Source: Octopus vulgaris (taxonomy: Eukaryota). Taken from it: a stretch of 64,000 bases of DNA. Shown piece by piece: positions 1-13,382 of this stretch. The notes under the pieces were generated by a model. It saw nothing but the letters and a program-made list of their open reading frames with translations, did not search any database and was not told where the DNA came from. Location of the stretch: positions 63,178,001 to 63,242,000 of the forward strand of contig OX597821.1 in NCBI GenBank assembly GCA_951406725.2, read 5' to 3'. Positions within the stretch are counted from its first letter, which is position 1; the number at the start of each line of letters is the position of its first letter. Both the position numbers and the translations under genes were made by a program.

Positions 1-351
1 GGGCATGAGGAATGTCCTCCTAAAACTGGAGCGACATGCGTGCTAAGTTGTGGAAGCGCATAAATTATATTCACGCGCACACATACACACACACACACAT
101 CCTGTCTTTTATATATAGATTATATAGTAATTAATTAACTTCTACGCTTACTGAATTTGACATACTTAGGTCTACTGTAGGTTTGCTTCAAGAGGTACTA
201 GAGTGACGCCTGTTACCTCTTGAAGCAGAACTACAGCGTTAGGCTGAAATTTCAGTCAGTAACCATGCAATTAACTTAATTTCAACTGAATGATTCAGCG
301 ATATTTATTCATGATTTAATATAGCACCTGGGGAAAGATTTCGTTGAATAA

Positions 352-532
352 GGCGCAGAAGTGGCTGTGTGGTAAGCAGCTTGCTAACCAACCACCCAAC
401 CACATGGTTCCGGTTTCACTCCCACTGTGTGGCACCTTCGGCAAGTGTCTTCTACTATAGCCTCAGGCCGACCAAAGCCTTGTCAGTGAATTTGGTAGAT
501 GGAAACTGAAAGAAGCCCGTATATATAAATAA

Positions 533-575
<43 letters not shown>

Positions 576-780
576 GTGTGTGTGTTTGTCTCACACCTCC
601 CCAGCATCGCTTCACAACTGATGGTGGTGTGTTTATGCCACCGTAACTTAGCGTTTCGGCAAAAGAAACCGATAGAGTAAGTATTAGGCTTACAAAGAGT
701 AAGTCCTGGGGCGGATTTGCTCAGCTGAAGGATGTGCTCCAGCATGGCCGCAGTCAAATGACTGAAACAAACAAAAGAAA
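352..780 (+). mobile_element. tRNA-derived CORE-type SINE (family A; octopus OR/OK-like)
   Basis: tRNA-like head ggcgcagaagtggctgtgtggtaag...ggttccggtttca; CORE-like gtggcaccttcggcaagtgtcttctactatagcctcagg; internal (TA)n(TG)n; tail gtgctccagcatggccgcagtcaaatgactgaaac. About 10 copies in this window. Confidence 0.88.
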
Positions 781-3032
781 AAATAACAGAAATAAGTATC
801 TATATAAACGTTGGAGCAGCTCCACATAACTTTATCACATTATATCATGTATACCTGAGTATTCTATGGCCAAAAAGGACAAAAATATTCAATGGTATGT
901 TCATCAAAATCATTCGTGCCTTCCATCATACGTTTGCTCACGTTTCTTAAATGAGTGATAAATTAGCGTTTAACGTGAATGATGTCTACATTAGCAACAA
1001 CGTATTAAAACTGAGTTAATAAGACATAATCCGTGACTACAATATACGTGAATACTACGGTCAAACACTATAGCTATTCATATATATATATGCATTCTAA
1101 CAGAAATATATAAATATTTAGAACAACTAAATACTGATAGATTACAGAATTAGAAATGTCTAGGACCAGTGCCTATGACAGGTGGCTGCAACATAGAGTT
1201 GGGCGACTTGTTTAAATTTTATGGAGGATAGAAATAGAAAACGTCATTCTATCTGCCACACATTGTAATGTATATTATGGTTGGTGTTTTGTGTATTTGA
1301 TAAGCTGAAGAAAGAAAGGAGGTTGTTTGAACAAAGATGACAGAGAAACTTTATACACAACGCACTTTCCTAAATACCAGTCAGTCCTCCTCAATTATTA
1401 ATGAAAAATCCATAGAGTTCAGGTGATACGTAAATTATACTGTAGATGGTGGTTAAGGAATTTAGAAGTTTTCCAGTTAAAAGCCCCTTCTTTTCATTTA
1501 TAATGCATGAGGCTTTGCAAAGATTGAGTTTCGCGTAGATTAGAAATTTGAGATTAGTTCACTCTTACGAATTGAAACCTCAAATATGCATCTGATCAAG
1601 ACACTGTATAAGCCAAGGTCAACATTTTTAGAAAAAAACTTGCAAGCAGCTGTTGCTTACTCTTCTCATTCCATATTTTTGCTTATCTAAGACTATATTG
1701 TCCAATGGTCATATTTTCTAATTAAGACAGTAGATAGATACTAATATTTTCTAATTAAGACAGTGGATAGTAGATAGAACGAAAGTTGATGCAAGTTCTG
1801 GTAAGGTTCCAGACATAGTATCTTGCAACAATTTTTGCCTCTAAACTATGCAACTCAAGAAGAATCCGAAATAAGGAAATGCATTTACCAAAATGAAATC
1901 CATTTTTTATTTATTCTTTAGTGAGAATACTTCTACGTAGAGGCTCGTGTTATTATAAATAGAAGTCATATTCCCTTCAAATCACAATATACAACCTTAA
2001 AATAGGCAAGATGTAACATGCGGTAATGTAGTTATATGCAAGCTCTCAAAATGACGGGATGCCAAAAATAAACGAATTTGATTATACAGATAATAATCAA
2101 TAACATATAGACTACGAAAGCAATCTGGGACACCTGTAAACTTGACCTACTAGATATAGCAACAACTTCTTTACTCGATTCAATCCTACGATTTCCAGCA
2201 AATATGGCACATCTATATGTATCCCAAGACAAAATATATTTGAAAAAAGAAGCACTAGTTAATACTAAAAACTTTGCTCATACATCGATCGTTCATCCTT
2301 CGCATCGAAACAAAATATAAAGAAATAAATATAACGCTAAAATATGACACAAACTTCTAACAATTGTATTCAATTCCCACTTATCCTGTTTTTATCATCT
2401 CAAAAGTATGATTCATTGACACTATTCCAAGCAAGTTAGAGAAAACGACTTTTTACTTTCAACACCGTTTGGTGATAAGCTTCAAATAATGTGAAATATT
2501 CTTACCCTTTTCGGGATACCTAATTGACTCATCACACTAGAAATAATATTTGTGTATCTTTGTCGAATATTACATAACCGAAACTTTCACTATTTTTACC
2601 TTATTTTATTTGCCAACGTAATGTATGCACGCGCAATAAATTTACGATTAAAACCTGTTTTTTTCTTCAGTTTTGATGAAATCCCTATAAACTCGTATAA
2701 TTGTCTACCTATCAACCAATTGACATACGAGTATGTGAGTATGCGTGTGTATATGCGTGTCAGTGGGCATACACAAAATGCACATATAAAGAATAAACTG
2801 CTAGTTTTCACAGTGGGCCTGCTTAGCAACTCATGTTAAGTAACTGTAAATAATTGTTTTCATCTGGTGATCTATCGTTGTATGATGATTGTACAAGGTC
2901 TCTTTCAACGATTACCGGGAAGCATACTAGACGAGAGTAAAGAGCATGTAATTTATGATGCAATAATGAAAAGAATGCGAGCGAATCTCCGATTTAATCT
3001 GATCCCGATGTTTATTTTTATATTTGTATATA

Positions 3033-4134
3033 TTAGGTCGTCAAGTATGAAATTTGTAGAAATGAAAAAATGTTTGCTAATGTTTTATAAATACAAGGAA
3101 TAGCTTTATTCATCAAAGTATGCACCCATATTGTCAATTCCGCTTTTGCCATTTCCACAGCAGCTTGTCCAACCCAGAACTGTAAAAACCTGGCAATCTA
3201 GATTCATTTTAATCTTGGAAGGCCTGTTTTACAGCATCGTCGGTATTAAAATTTTTTTCCTATCAAAAATTATCCAAATTCTGGAAGAAGTGGTAGTCAG
3301 GTGAGTGTAGTGGATGATGAAAAACTTCCAACTCCTGTAGTTTCGCCAGTGTCATTTTTGCGATGTGTTGTTCGGTGTTGTCTTGCAATAAAAGGAATAT
3401 GTTGACTAATCTAGGCTGGGTGGGGGTTGTAAGTTTCCGCATCATTTGGTCCAGTTCGCTGAAGTATACTTCGACCGTGATTGATGAGCGAGTTTTAAGG
3501 AAATCATAATGGATCACACCTACACCAACCCACCAAACACACACCATGAAATTCTTTTGATGAATTTTACTTTTTAGACTACGTTTTGGTGGCTGAGCGT
3601 TTACGGTTGTTGTATTGGATTCATTTCTCATCACATGTTACAATTCGATTCAAAAAATGATTCATTTTTGTGACGAGAATGTAGCATAGTGCAGGCTTCC
3701 AAATGTTGCTGTTCCTAATTTTCATTGAGTTCATGCGGAACCCACTCATCCAACTTTTTCACTTTACCGATTGGAACTAGGGGAGCAAATATTGTTTGCT
3801 TGCAACTACCAAACAACAACGATAATTCAAGAACACTTTGAGATGGACCTTGTTTCTGGTCGACCACGTTGCTCATTTGTGAAGTCAAAGTTACCAGAAT
3901 TTGATACTGTCTGCTGTGTAATAACATTAGAATGTAATACGTCATAAATATTCGTAGCTGTCTGTGATGCTGTATTTCCAAGAAAGAACTCATATTTCAA
4001 AACTGTACGAATTTCCGACTAATCCATATCTAAACAAAAATAGCAAAAAATGATTTATAAATATTTTATAAAGCTCAAAATGAGTAGCTGTCAAAATCTA
4101 CCATATATCTTGCTACAAATCTCGTATTTGACAA

Positions 4135-4138
<4 letters not shown>
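3033..4138 (-). mobile_element. Decayed mariner DNA transposon with TIRs
   Basis: Minus-strand ORF fragments carry the mariner motifs IGKVKKLDEWVPHEL, MVCVWW..GVIHYDFL, LLQDN..H and HP.HSPDYHFF. Imperfect TIRs: ttaggtcgtcaagtatgaaatttgtag (from 3033) versus ctacaaatctcgtatttgacaacca (about 4113-4137). TA flanks on both sides. Confidence 0.9.
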
Positions 4139-4189
<51 letters not shown>

Positions 4190-4209
4190 TATATATCAGA
4201 ATAGATACA

Positions 4210-4730
4210 TACATAAATACATACATATATCATCTTGATGTCTCCACCGTCGTTGATTCTGTCAGTATCATTTCGAAATTAGTATAATGCTTCTAAAATA
4301 TACATGCTCCTGACGCTTTGGCAATAAATTCTGGCTGTGGTATTTATAATTTGAAACTAATAACCATATTATAATATTGATACTTTCGGTGTAACTAAAT
4401 ATTTCATAAACAATCTTTCTCATGCATTTTGCCTGTTTGACTGTTATGTATTTCATAAAGACACTTCTAAGCTCCAGTTTTATTACTCTTACATTCCATG
4501 AATTACTGAATTCCATATCTGTTTCTTACGGTTAGTTTAAAACTATGAAGTACCTAGAAGTACCTACTCAACATTTCCCGATCTTCACACTCCTGTCTTC
4601 AGATGATGAAATAGTTTTGGCTTCTGTATTGCATCTGATATATTGTTCCAGTTTCTGTAGACTTTAACGCTAAAATTTATCGCCGTGAGATTTCCATATC
4701 AGTAGGCCTTTGTTAATGTGTCTTTGTGAA
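4210..4730 (-). mobile_element. Possible decayed RTE-clade LINE fragment (end of endonuclease and linker)
   Basis: Manual minus-strand translation gives IWKSHGDK (cf. TWKSPGD) and FKLTVRNRY (cf. FKLELRNRF), with many stops. Confidence 0.4.
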
Positions 4731-4901
4731 AAAAAATTATATACACTTTCTCTCTTGAATACTTTTAATGTTAGGTTTCTATTTCAAGTGTTAACGGTTT
4801 GATGCGCGGGTTGCTCGCGTGTTTTTATCGGTGATACGATACGAGTATGGCTTCCGTGATTAATCGTTATTAGAATTTAGTAGATTATATAAGTGTTATC
4901 C

Positions 4902-5085
4902 GGGGGGCGCGTGGCTTAGTGGTTTGGATGTTACACTCACAATCGTGAGATCGTGGTTTCAATTCCTACACCGAGTAGTGAGTCGTGGTCTTGAGCCAAA
5001 CACTTCATCTCACGTTGCTGTGTGACCACTTCGACACCTGAAGTGTGGTTCAACTTGCACATGTTCAGGAAACGTCGATTTGATT
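4902..5085 (+). mobile_element. tRNA-derived SINE (family C)
   Basis: ggggggcgcgtggcttagtgg (A box), ggtttcaattcc (B box), then cttgagccaaacacttcatctcacgttgc. A related copy lies at about 46330. Confidence 0.75.
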
Positions 5086-5590
5086 TGTTGTACTCATTAA
5101 TGCATGTGATGTATTTCTATCTGCATTCTTTTATAACTTAGTCTATTAGCTTTGTGGATTATCTGTTATCAGTTATTGTTTATTTTCTTCCGTGCATTGC
5201 GGATTTGTTTCTCTCGTGTCTTATGTGCGAACAAGAAAGTACACACTTTCATAAGTTCTGATTTTGTCACAAATACGTTATATATAAACTGTACGGGCAT
5301 TTCATTTACAACCTCCATGTAGTTACACGCATCTGTTTGATTTTTTGATAACAGGTCAAGTTACCATACAAATTTTTTAAAATTGCTTCAGATTACGTCG
5401 GACGACAATGACTGGGCAATGATCGAACAAGCAAAACTGTTTCCATTGAAATTTGCGCGGGAGTGGTATTTATATTATGAAAGACGAAATGTAACTTCAA
5501 TTTTCGGTGTGTACGTTTCAGTCTTTCTGACAGTTATATGTGTGTGTATTTGTGTGTATGTAGGTACGTATATATGTGTTTTTATATTTG

Positions 5591-5654
<64 letters not shown>

Positions 5655-5658
<4 letters not shown>

Positions 5659-6091
5659 AAATAATGTGGGAGATAATTTAAATATTAATTTAATTAATAT
5701 CAATTTAAAACCAGTAGTCTAGCATACAAAAATCTGAAAAATCAGAGAAAATTCTAATACATGTGTATATTTAAAGGGCTAAAAAACCACTAAGTGTTCA
5801 GCCGTATGCTAGAAGTAGATCACCAACGATCAAACTACAAAGAAAAGAATGTTCTCAAGAGAAAAATTCAGTGGACACAAGAACAATATGCGGGCAAGAC
5901 AAATGAAAATTATATAAAAGACAAGAATTACTCGCAGACCGGCGGTTTCGCCTATTAACTAATAAATCACTTACGTAATCCCTCGTCTGCTGAATTTTTC
6001 TCTAGAGAACATTATTTTCTTTGTAGTTTGATCGGTGGTGATCTACTTCTAGCATACGGCTGACCACTTAGTGGTTTTTTTAGCACTTTAA

Positions 6092-6099
<8 letters not shown>
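5655..6099. mobile_element. Inverted-repeat mini-element in (TA)n, probably Penelope-tail derived
   Basis: Arms of about 115 bp (5762-5876 and 5985-6099) are near-perfect reverse complements. The spacer holds the 3' half of a hammerhead motif on the minus strand (GGC GAAAC CGCCG GTC, 5935-5952). Confidence 0.7.
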
Positions 6100-6154
<55 letters not shown>

Positions 6155-6155
<1 letters not shown>

Positions 6156-6465
6156 GTGGTCTCAGTCACCACTTGAGTCCATATTGGGGCACTAACTTTC
6201 AGTGTGATTGAATTTGTTTCTGAACGGTACGCTCTTTCTTGCGCTTTCTGCCGCGATGAAGGTTCACCTGGTGTTTTAGAGACATCATTAGCCTGACATT
6301 CATTGAATGTCACCGCATTTACTCCCAAAAAATCTCTGAGAGTGCTTGGTAGAAATGCTGAATAATTGTGGACCCTTGAAACCGAACCTATCGTTATACC
6401 GCTTGCTTATTCTAGGTACAAACGACATCTTCGATACTATGTAATGTCTCCCAATATAATACACA
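6155..6465. mobile_element. GC-richer insert with TG...CA ends in (TA)n (possible solo LTR)
   Basis: About 310 bp with TGTG...CACA ends, flanked by TA runs; no recognisable coding. Confidence 0.35.
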
Positions 6466-6516
6466 TATATAAATATAAGTATATATAAATAGATATATGC
6501 ATACATACATATATAC

Positions 6517-6584
<68 letters not shown>

Positions 6585-6586
<2 letters not shown>

Positions 6587-6744
6587 CGCAGGCGTGGCTG
6601 TGTGGTAAGTAGTTTGCTTACCGACCACATGGTTCCGGGTTCACACCCACTGTGTGGCACCTAGGGCAAGTGTCCTCTACTATAGCCTCCGGCCAACCAA
6701 TGACGTGTTAGTGGATTTGTTTGAGAGAAACTGAAAAAAGCCCG

Positions 6745-6815
<71 letters not shown>

Positions 6816-7035
6816 TGTGTGTGTGTATGTTTTTCTGACTGTGTTTGTCCTCCTCCCAATATCGCTTGTCAACCGATGGTGGTGTTTTACGTCCCCGTAA
6901 CCTATTGGTTCGGCAAAAGAGGCCGATAGAATAAGTACTAGGCTTACAAAGAATAAGTACTGGGGGCGATTTGCTCGACTAAAGGCGGTGCTTCAGCATC
7001 GCTGCAGTCAAATGACTGAAACAAATAAAAAAATA
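6585..7035 (+). mobile_element. SINE family A
   Basis: Full head, CORE, internal (CA)n(TA)n and tail, matching 352-780. Confidence 0.9.
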
Positions 7036-8064
7036 ATAGAATATATATATATATATATATACCTATATATTCTTTACACGTGCTCATGTTTTTAATTTGT
7101 ATGCATATTTGTATGTTCCTGTTGACGTAAATCTGTGTACATACGTCTGGGTTTGAAAGTGTATCATACATGTGTAGAATTTGTTGGTGCTGCTGTTGTA
7201 GTTTTGTGTTTTTGTTACTAGATTCCTCTATCACAGTGATTCGAGATTTATCTCATTCCCATCATTTTAAGTACCACTATGGCAGAATCCATTATTCACG
7301 TATCCCTTTATTATATTGATTGATAGATATGATTGTCTCTCGGCTCCGCATTTACATAAAACCTGTACATATACATGTATCTGTATGTACATGCAACAGT
7401 GTATAGCCACAGAGGCGTATACTCTCGCTCATACATACATGTAGATGCATACATATATGTGTATACCTGCCTGTATTTCTGTATGTATGCATATTTTAAA
7501 AAAAAAAATTTATATTAACCACCTAATCTTAAGTATTAGTCAATGTTAATATGAATATATTATTTGAGTGTATGCCGTAGGAACCCTGGAAAAGTTTCAA
7601 TAATTATTATATTCAAATTAATAATTAATGAATAAATTATATCTCAATTCTTTAAGAACTTGTGAATTTTGACACGTATGTATTAAACACCCTTTCGCTG
7701 AGTTCTAATAAAATTGACGTAACTATAGTTGTCACTCCAACTGCCAGATCTCAGACACAAATCTTCAACATATTTCAGTGCTATTATTTCATTTCCATTC
7801 GATTTAAATTCCGAGTTCTCTCTAAGCTTTGTTGGAAACAATAGCAGTTAAAACTGATTGTTTCTCTTCTCAGAAAGGCTATAGTTGTAGTTAACTAAAT
7901 ATTAATGTTTGCGAAATACTTAATGTTCGTACACCTGTTATCTTATGTTAGCATGTGTATTCGCAAGTGCGATTGTATGTGTGAGTGTGCGTTTGAGTGC
8001 GAATTTCTATATAGTTTCAAAATCATTTGATAGTTGAGCTAATTCGGGCCGGAAAATAGTGGTT

Positions 8065-8263
8065 TCAAAATACTGGCACAGAGCCGACAATTTCGGAGCA
8101 AATGTTAAGTGGATCTCTACTTAACTGCTAGTCATTGTATCGAGCCCAAGAGGATGAAAAGCAAAGTCGACTTCATTGGTATCTGAACTCAAAACGTAAA
8201 GAAAGAAGAAATACTGCTAAGCATTTTGCTCGGCAGGGTAATAATTCTGCCAGCCGGCCACCT
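8065..8263 (-). mobile_element. tRNA-derived SINE (family B), degenerate
   Basis: ggatgaaaagcaaagtcgac...tgaactcaaaacgtaaag...ctaagcatttt...ctgccagc matches the reverse of 57959-58175. Confidence 0.75.
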
Positions 8264-9018
8264 CTTGACTAAATTTATGTTATATTTATGCATTTAACGA
8301 TATTAAATACTCTTTGAAATTATGTGAGTTAGCGAACGAGGGAAGCAGGCAGTTTTCTTGGTCAGTTTTGTGTCAGTGGAATTTCGTGGTGAGCGCATCC
8401 TCTGTATATAATTGAGGCGGTCGGACTGTGGTGCGTTCTTTACTCTTCAGCTATTTTAACAATATTGCATATTGCTAGGCCATTGCGTTTTAAAGGAATG
8501 TGTTGCAGACCTTCAGGCCAGATGTTCTCAAGAGGATGTTTCACTTACAGAGGACTGAGAGAGCGTCAACGTCAGCCAAAACTATACGTGTCTATATGTA
8601 CATCACTGAAAAATTAGAGCATGCTTGTACCAATTCACATACGAGTTGTTGTAATAAACATGTGCATATATATTCATTTATTTATGTGTGTGTGTGTATA
8701 TATATATAGATATAGATATAGATACATATATACACGTGAATATATATGTGCGTGTATATATATATTAGTATATGATGATTATACTGCTTTACATAAACCT
8801 ACACATGTTTCAGCTGCACTGAGTATTAACCGTTGCAATTACAACGCTGCTATTATACCAGTGCAGTTTCTTCGGGGTCTTCACTTTAATATCCTTTGAT
8901 TTAACAGTATATATATCTATATATAATGCGAGTGGTGGAGAGATTACACATACACCACACAATACACACACACACACACACACAAACACACACATATATA
9001 TATACTGCATATGTGTGA

Positions 9019-9072
<54 letters not shown>

Positions 9073-9189
9073 GCTCACACGTTGGTAGAATGCTATGATA
9101 AGTTACAGTCACTCCTTGCATATGTGTTCTTATCTCATGAATGTATTGTGTTCGTTTGTGACGAGTGCACTATGTCACTATGAATTTAA

Positions 9190-9225
<36 letters not shown>

Positions 9226-10589
9226 CTCATAAACATCCACGTTCACACATACACGGAGATATATGTGTGCGAGTGAGTGAGAGAACCTAAAATCAAAATT
9301 AACTATGTACGGAATGTCAAATACTCTATGACATAAGCACTGCACGTAATTCTTGAATTAATCTAAATATAAAAATAAACAATAGCAAACAATAAAAAGA
9401 TTTTGCATGAGAAGAAATGTTCTTCTTTCTTCTCTTATATTCCATAGCATTGCGTGCCAAAAATAATATTTAGCTTATTAAAAATTGTCGATAGTTGTGG
9501 GCAGAACATTGGCGATGACTTCAGTGTATTCAAAGAGATAAAGGAACAAGAACATAATAAAAAAAAAAAGGAAAAAAGTGAAACTGCCTTTCATATTAAT
9601 CATCATCGTTTATACTCTAGTAACTCAGATTCCTCTGTTCTATACGGGTTTCATTTCAAATTCTGCAAGGGAAAGAAATAATTGCTGGCGCAAAACTATT
9701 AAAAGATATTTGCTTCTAAAAATATTATGTTATGTAAATGCTTTTGAAATTACAGTGACCCCTCATTAACGAACGAACTGATGAACACACCTCTGCGCAT
9801 CGGAATGTAGTTGTGTGAATATATGTAAATACATGCGTGTACATCTCCGAGTATGTTCATATACACACGTATGTGTGCAAGTACATGCATGTGTGCACGC
9901 GCGCGTGTGTGTGTGTGTAGGATAGTATTGTATAGTATAAACCTAGTATTAGTATATTATTATTATTATATATTATTATACATTATTCTATTATTAAATA
10001 TACCTGTTTCAGAGAGACTTATGCTCGTAAGCAAGCTAGCTATTCACTGAGATTTTATCATAGGGGAGTATTCTCGCTCCAGACAAAAGCGTACACTCGC
10101 CATCGTCAGTTCGAAACGCTCTCCTGTTGCCTAAAGGATGGATGCATGCATTTCAAGGCATATATCTTCTCACCAACATCAAATATCAAAGATAAGCAAC
10201 AAAGAGTTTTGGTTTCTGTTGTGGAAAAGTAATTCAAAATATTTTGAGTGATGGCGCTTTGCAACTGGAAAACCGTAGTAATTTCCAGATTAGGAGCGCT
10301 TTTCAATGACTTAGCGAAATATAGATTTATTTCATACACCTTGTGATGCTCGTTACTACGAACAATTCAATGAAGTGAGACTTTTAAAAAACAATTCTAC
10401 CGGGGATGTTGAAGCTCTATCTTATACCTTGTTAATACTATACAATGCAAGTATGAAGTTTCGTTCACAGCCACCTTGCAGCAACTATGTTGGGTTAGTA
10501 ATCATAATCTTTGAGATTGGATGCGGTTAATAAAAGAGCTTATTTGAATACTTCAGAGATCAACATTATATATCGCCTTGGACATATTG

Positions 10590-10760
10590 AGGTGGTTGTA
10601 GTTGTGGTAGTGGTGGTATTAGTAGTAGTAGTAGTTGTAGTAGTAGTAGTATTAGTAGTAGTAGTAACAGCAGCAGCAGCAGTAGTAGTGGTAGTTGTAG
10701 TAGTAGTAACAGCAGTAGCAGCAGTAGTAGCAGCAGCAGTAGTAGTAGTAGTAGTAGTAA
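10590..10760. repeat. (GTA)n/(GCA)n compound microsatellite
   Basis: Direct reading; source of the poly-V and poly-T ORFs. Confidence 0.95.
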
Positions 10761-10769
10761 ACTGGTAAC

Positions 10770-10870
10770 CCGCCAGAATTGTTTGCATAACTTTGCCTTT
10801 CATCCTTGCGGGGTTGATTCAATGAGTTACCAGTCGAATTCAGGGGTTGACCAAATTGGCTAACCCTCCT
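10770..10870 (+). mobile_element. SINE family B fragment
   Basis: actttgcctttcatccttgcggggttgat...taccagt central domain. Confidence 0.65.
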
Positions 10871-11559
10871 CATACCCTAACACGCAGCGCTAGTGCTGAT
10901 ACAAGTTGTAACTGCAAACAAAAAAAAAAAGAGAAAACAATGTACCTCTATTTTGATGAAGCACGTTCACTTTAGTCTTTTCAAGCTACGGAGTAGAGTT
11001 CTGTTTTGTTTCTCTTATTGTGGTAATTCAATGTTTCATTTGTTTTTGTTTTTGTTTGGTTTTGTTTCTTTTTATTTGTGAAATATGTACCTCACGGATT
11101 GTGTAATTTTGTTCACATTTGTATTGTGAGTTGTGGAATAGTTTTAGACTGTTACAGTGCAGTTCATGATTTTTGGTTTGTGTAATAATTTTAAGAAGTT
11201 ATTTTATAAAATGTTATTTGGTTCGAATTGTTGGAAGTGAGTGATAAGTGTTGTATTTTCTCTTGTAAATGTTCATTAGTATTACTTTATTGTGTAGTGA
11301 TTTCGCTGCTTTTATCGCGTTTGTTTTTAGTTCAATGTTTGGCGAGTTTTGTATAAGCTTTTTGTAGTGTGTGCGTGTATTATGAAGATATACTGAAGGT
11401 CCTTTATTGTATGAGTCACGTCATATCGCCGCAAAAGGTTTGCTTAAGATATAGACTGTACCCAGAAGAGAAGTTCAGTATTAGGTTTGATGATATCGAC
11501 TAAGCTCTCCCCACAAAACTATTGATCATTCATGTTTCTGGACTTTTGCTCTTATTCTA

Positions 11560-12720
11560 AAAGCATTTTACGTCGCTAGAGGGTCAGATTGATTAAATTG
11601 CTCGGGAATTAGTTCTGTCCAGACTTCCTGCTTGAACCGGAAATGAAAGAGAGGATGAGCAAGGTAATTAGTCGCACCTAGAAATGAACCGAGAAGAATT
11701 TATAAAGAATGACTTGGTGGATGTGAGGATAGCCTTGCCCCGCCTCATAATCGGCCAGAGATAAGCACTAGCGCTTCCGCTTATTGTGGAGGGGTAGTTT
11801 TCCGATAGCCAGACGATCTAACTGCTGCCCGCATCCGCTAAGTGGAAGACGTTGAATGTAGTAGGAAATAATGCCTGCGGCATCTCAATCGTTGCCCTGA
11901 CTATAGTCGCCTTTTGCTAGGAGCCTTCTCCTGCAGTTCACCTATTTTGCAGAGCTGTAGTCACGGGTAAAGCCTAGACCGATGTAAAGTATTTGGCATC
12001 TAAAGGGTCGTCAGGTGGTCACAGCCTCTACCAGTCAGGAAATGCGGTTGGTGAGTATGACACCATTGCGTTCTATAAAGTATTAGTAGCGAGGAAATGC
12101 ATCGATATCATTACAGAAAATCTGGGCGTCGATAAAAGTCAGGTTTGTCTGTATAGGAGTTCACTTAGGCCAAGGTTCATGAATAATTTTTTCAGAAATC
12201 CCTAGAGTGTCGGTGCTACCATGAGCCATAACATATTTGGAATTATCTCAATAAGCATGGTGGTGATGTAAACCGTGACTATTTGAGATGCGCACTGGGC
12301 GAAGAAACGATCCTGGATGCGCTAGCAGCATTCCGGCATTGCTGACTTATGGAATTGTCAAACTTATGGATATCTGATTATCAGCCCACTCTGTCGGTTA
12401 TATTACTTCCCCCGTCTGCCTTTGTTCCAGAAGTGTAGGTGGATTTCGTCTCTTTTTAGAGATTTTGTGGTGGAGGAAACTAAAAGAATTGAAAACATTC
12501 TTTCATATCCGACAAAAACCCTCACCGACTTTTTCAAGTTCGAAGTGGAAAAGCAAGTGCGGTTGCAGTAAATTTGCAAAAGGGTGGCTGATTACTGCAA
12601 GGACGTCACGAGTGAATACATTCATTTTAACCATTAACCAGTTGGCTCCAATGTACAAAAGAAAGAGGAGCACTTGCCCTGGCACACCTGATGAGATAGT
12701 TGTCTTAGGATTTCTGATGT
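11560..12720 (+). mobile_element. Decayed L1/Tx1-clade LINE, 3' part of ORF2
   Basis: Manual translation: IKLLGN*FCPD (cf. VKLLGVWFGPD), HPLSGR (cf. HPLKGGLG), TIAFYKVLV...LGVD...MNNF, and RCALGEETILDAL (zinc-knuckle remnant CxxC...ETxxH). Confidence 0.75.
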
Positions 12721-12764
12721 TCCTTGATCGTCCCTGAAAGGTATCTCTCCGCATAGGGGATTTT

Positions 12765-13165
12765 ATTGTTCTAATAGTCTTCTTAATTCTTATCGTTTTA
12801 TGGTTTACACGCGTTTTTGTCAACTTGGTTGCCCCTTGTGCCCAATAAAGAATGGATGAATATTTTTGGTTTGACTCAGTTTCGGTCTTGGATTTATGTA
12901 GGTAGCAGGTAACCTGTAACATAAGGTATCCACACTTTTGTATCAGTCTTTCAAATGCTTAGAACACTCCTGAAAATCCTTGCTGCCCCTAAGAGACAAA
13001 CCTCCTATAAGAGCTCTATAGGGATTTCTATACAAATATCCTTCTGCCACTTGTCTGTATCTTTGCTTACTGTTCGCAACACACCAATTAATTCAGACAC
13101 GGCCTTGACTATTCTCATACTCCAGATTCTTCCTATTTCAAATTTTAAGTGATTGTATATTTTTG
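12765..13165 (-). mobile_element. 3' fragment of an R4/Dong-type (RLE) LINE
   Basis: Minus translation FEIGRIWSMRIVKAVSELIGVLRTVSKDTDKWQKDI..EIPIELL*EVCLLGAARIFRSVLSI* resembles the RLE C-terminus. It has a decayed TAA-like tail, and its 5' end abuts the (TAA)n tract. Confidence 0.8.
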
Positions 13166-13179
13166 GTTTTCGTCCTCTA

Positions 13180-13228
13180 TTATTATTATTATTAATATTA
13201 TTATTATTATTATTATTATCATTATTAA

Positions 13229-13273
<45 letters not shown>

Positions 13274-13335
13274 CATTATTATTATTATTATTATTATTAT
13301 CATTATTATTATTATTATTATTATTGTTATTATTG

Positions 13336-13382
<47 letters not shown>
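13180..13382. repeat. (TTA)n microsatellite
   Basis: Direct reading. Confidence 0.97.

Noticed and set aside
1711-1770. Local duplication of atattttctaattaagacagt
   Set aside because: Two-copy slippage duplication; not an array and not CRISPR-like.
8543-8592. GGACTGA...TCAGCC-aAAAC stem resembling a hammerhead stem II
   Set aside because: Both core strands are broken and there is no stem I; cannot be distinguished from chance.
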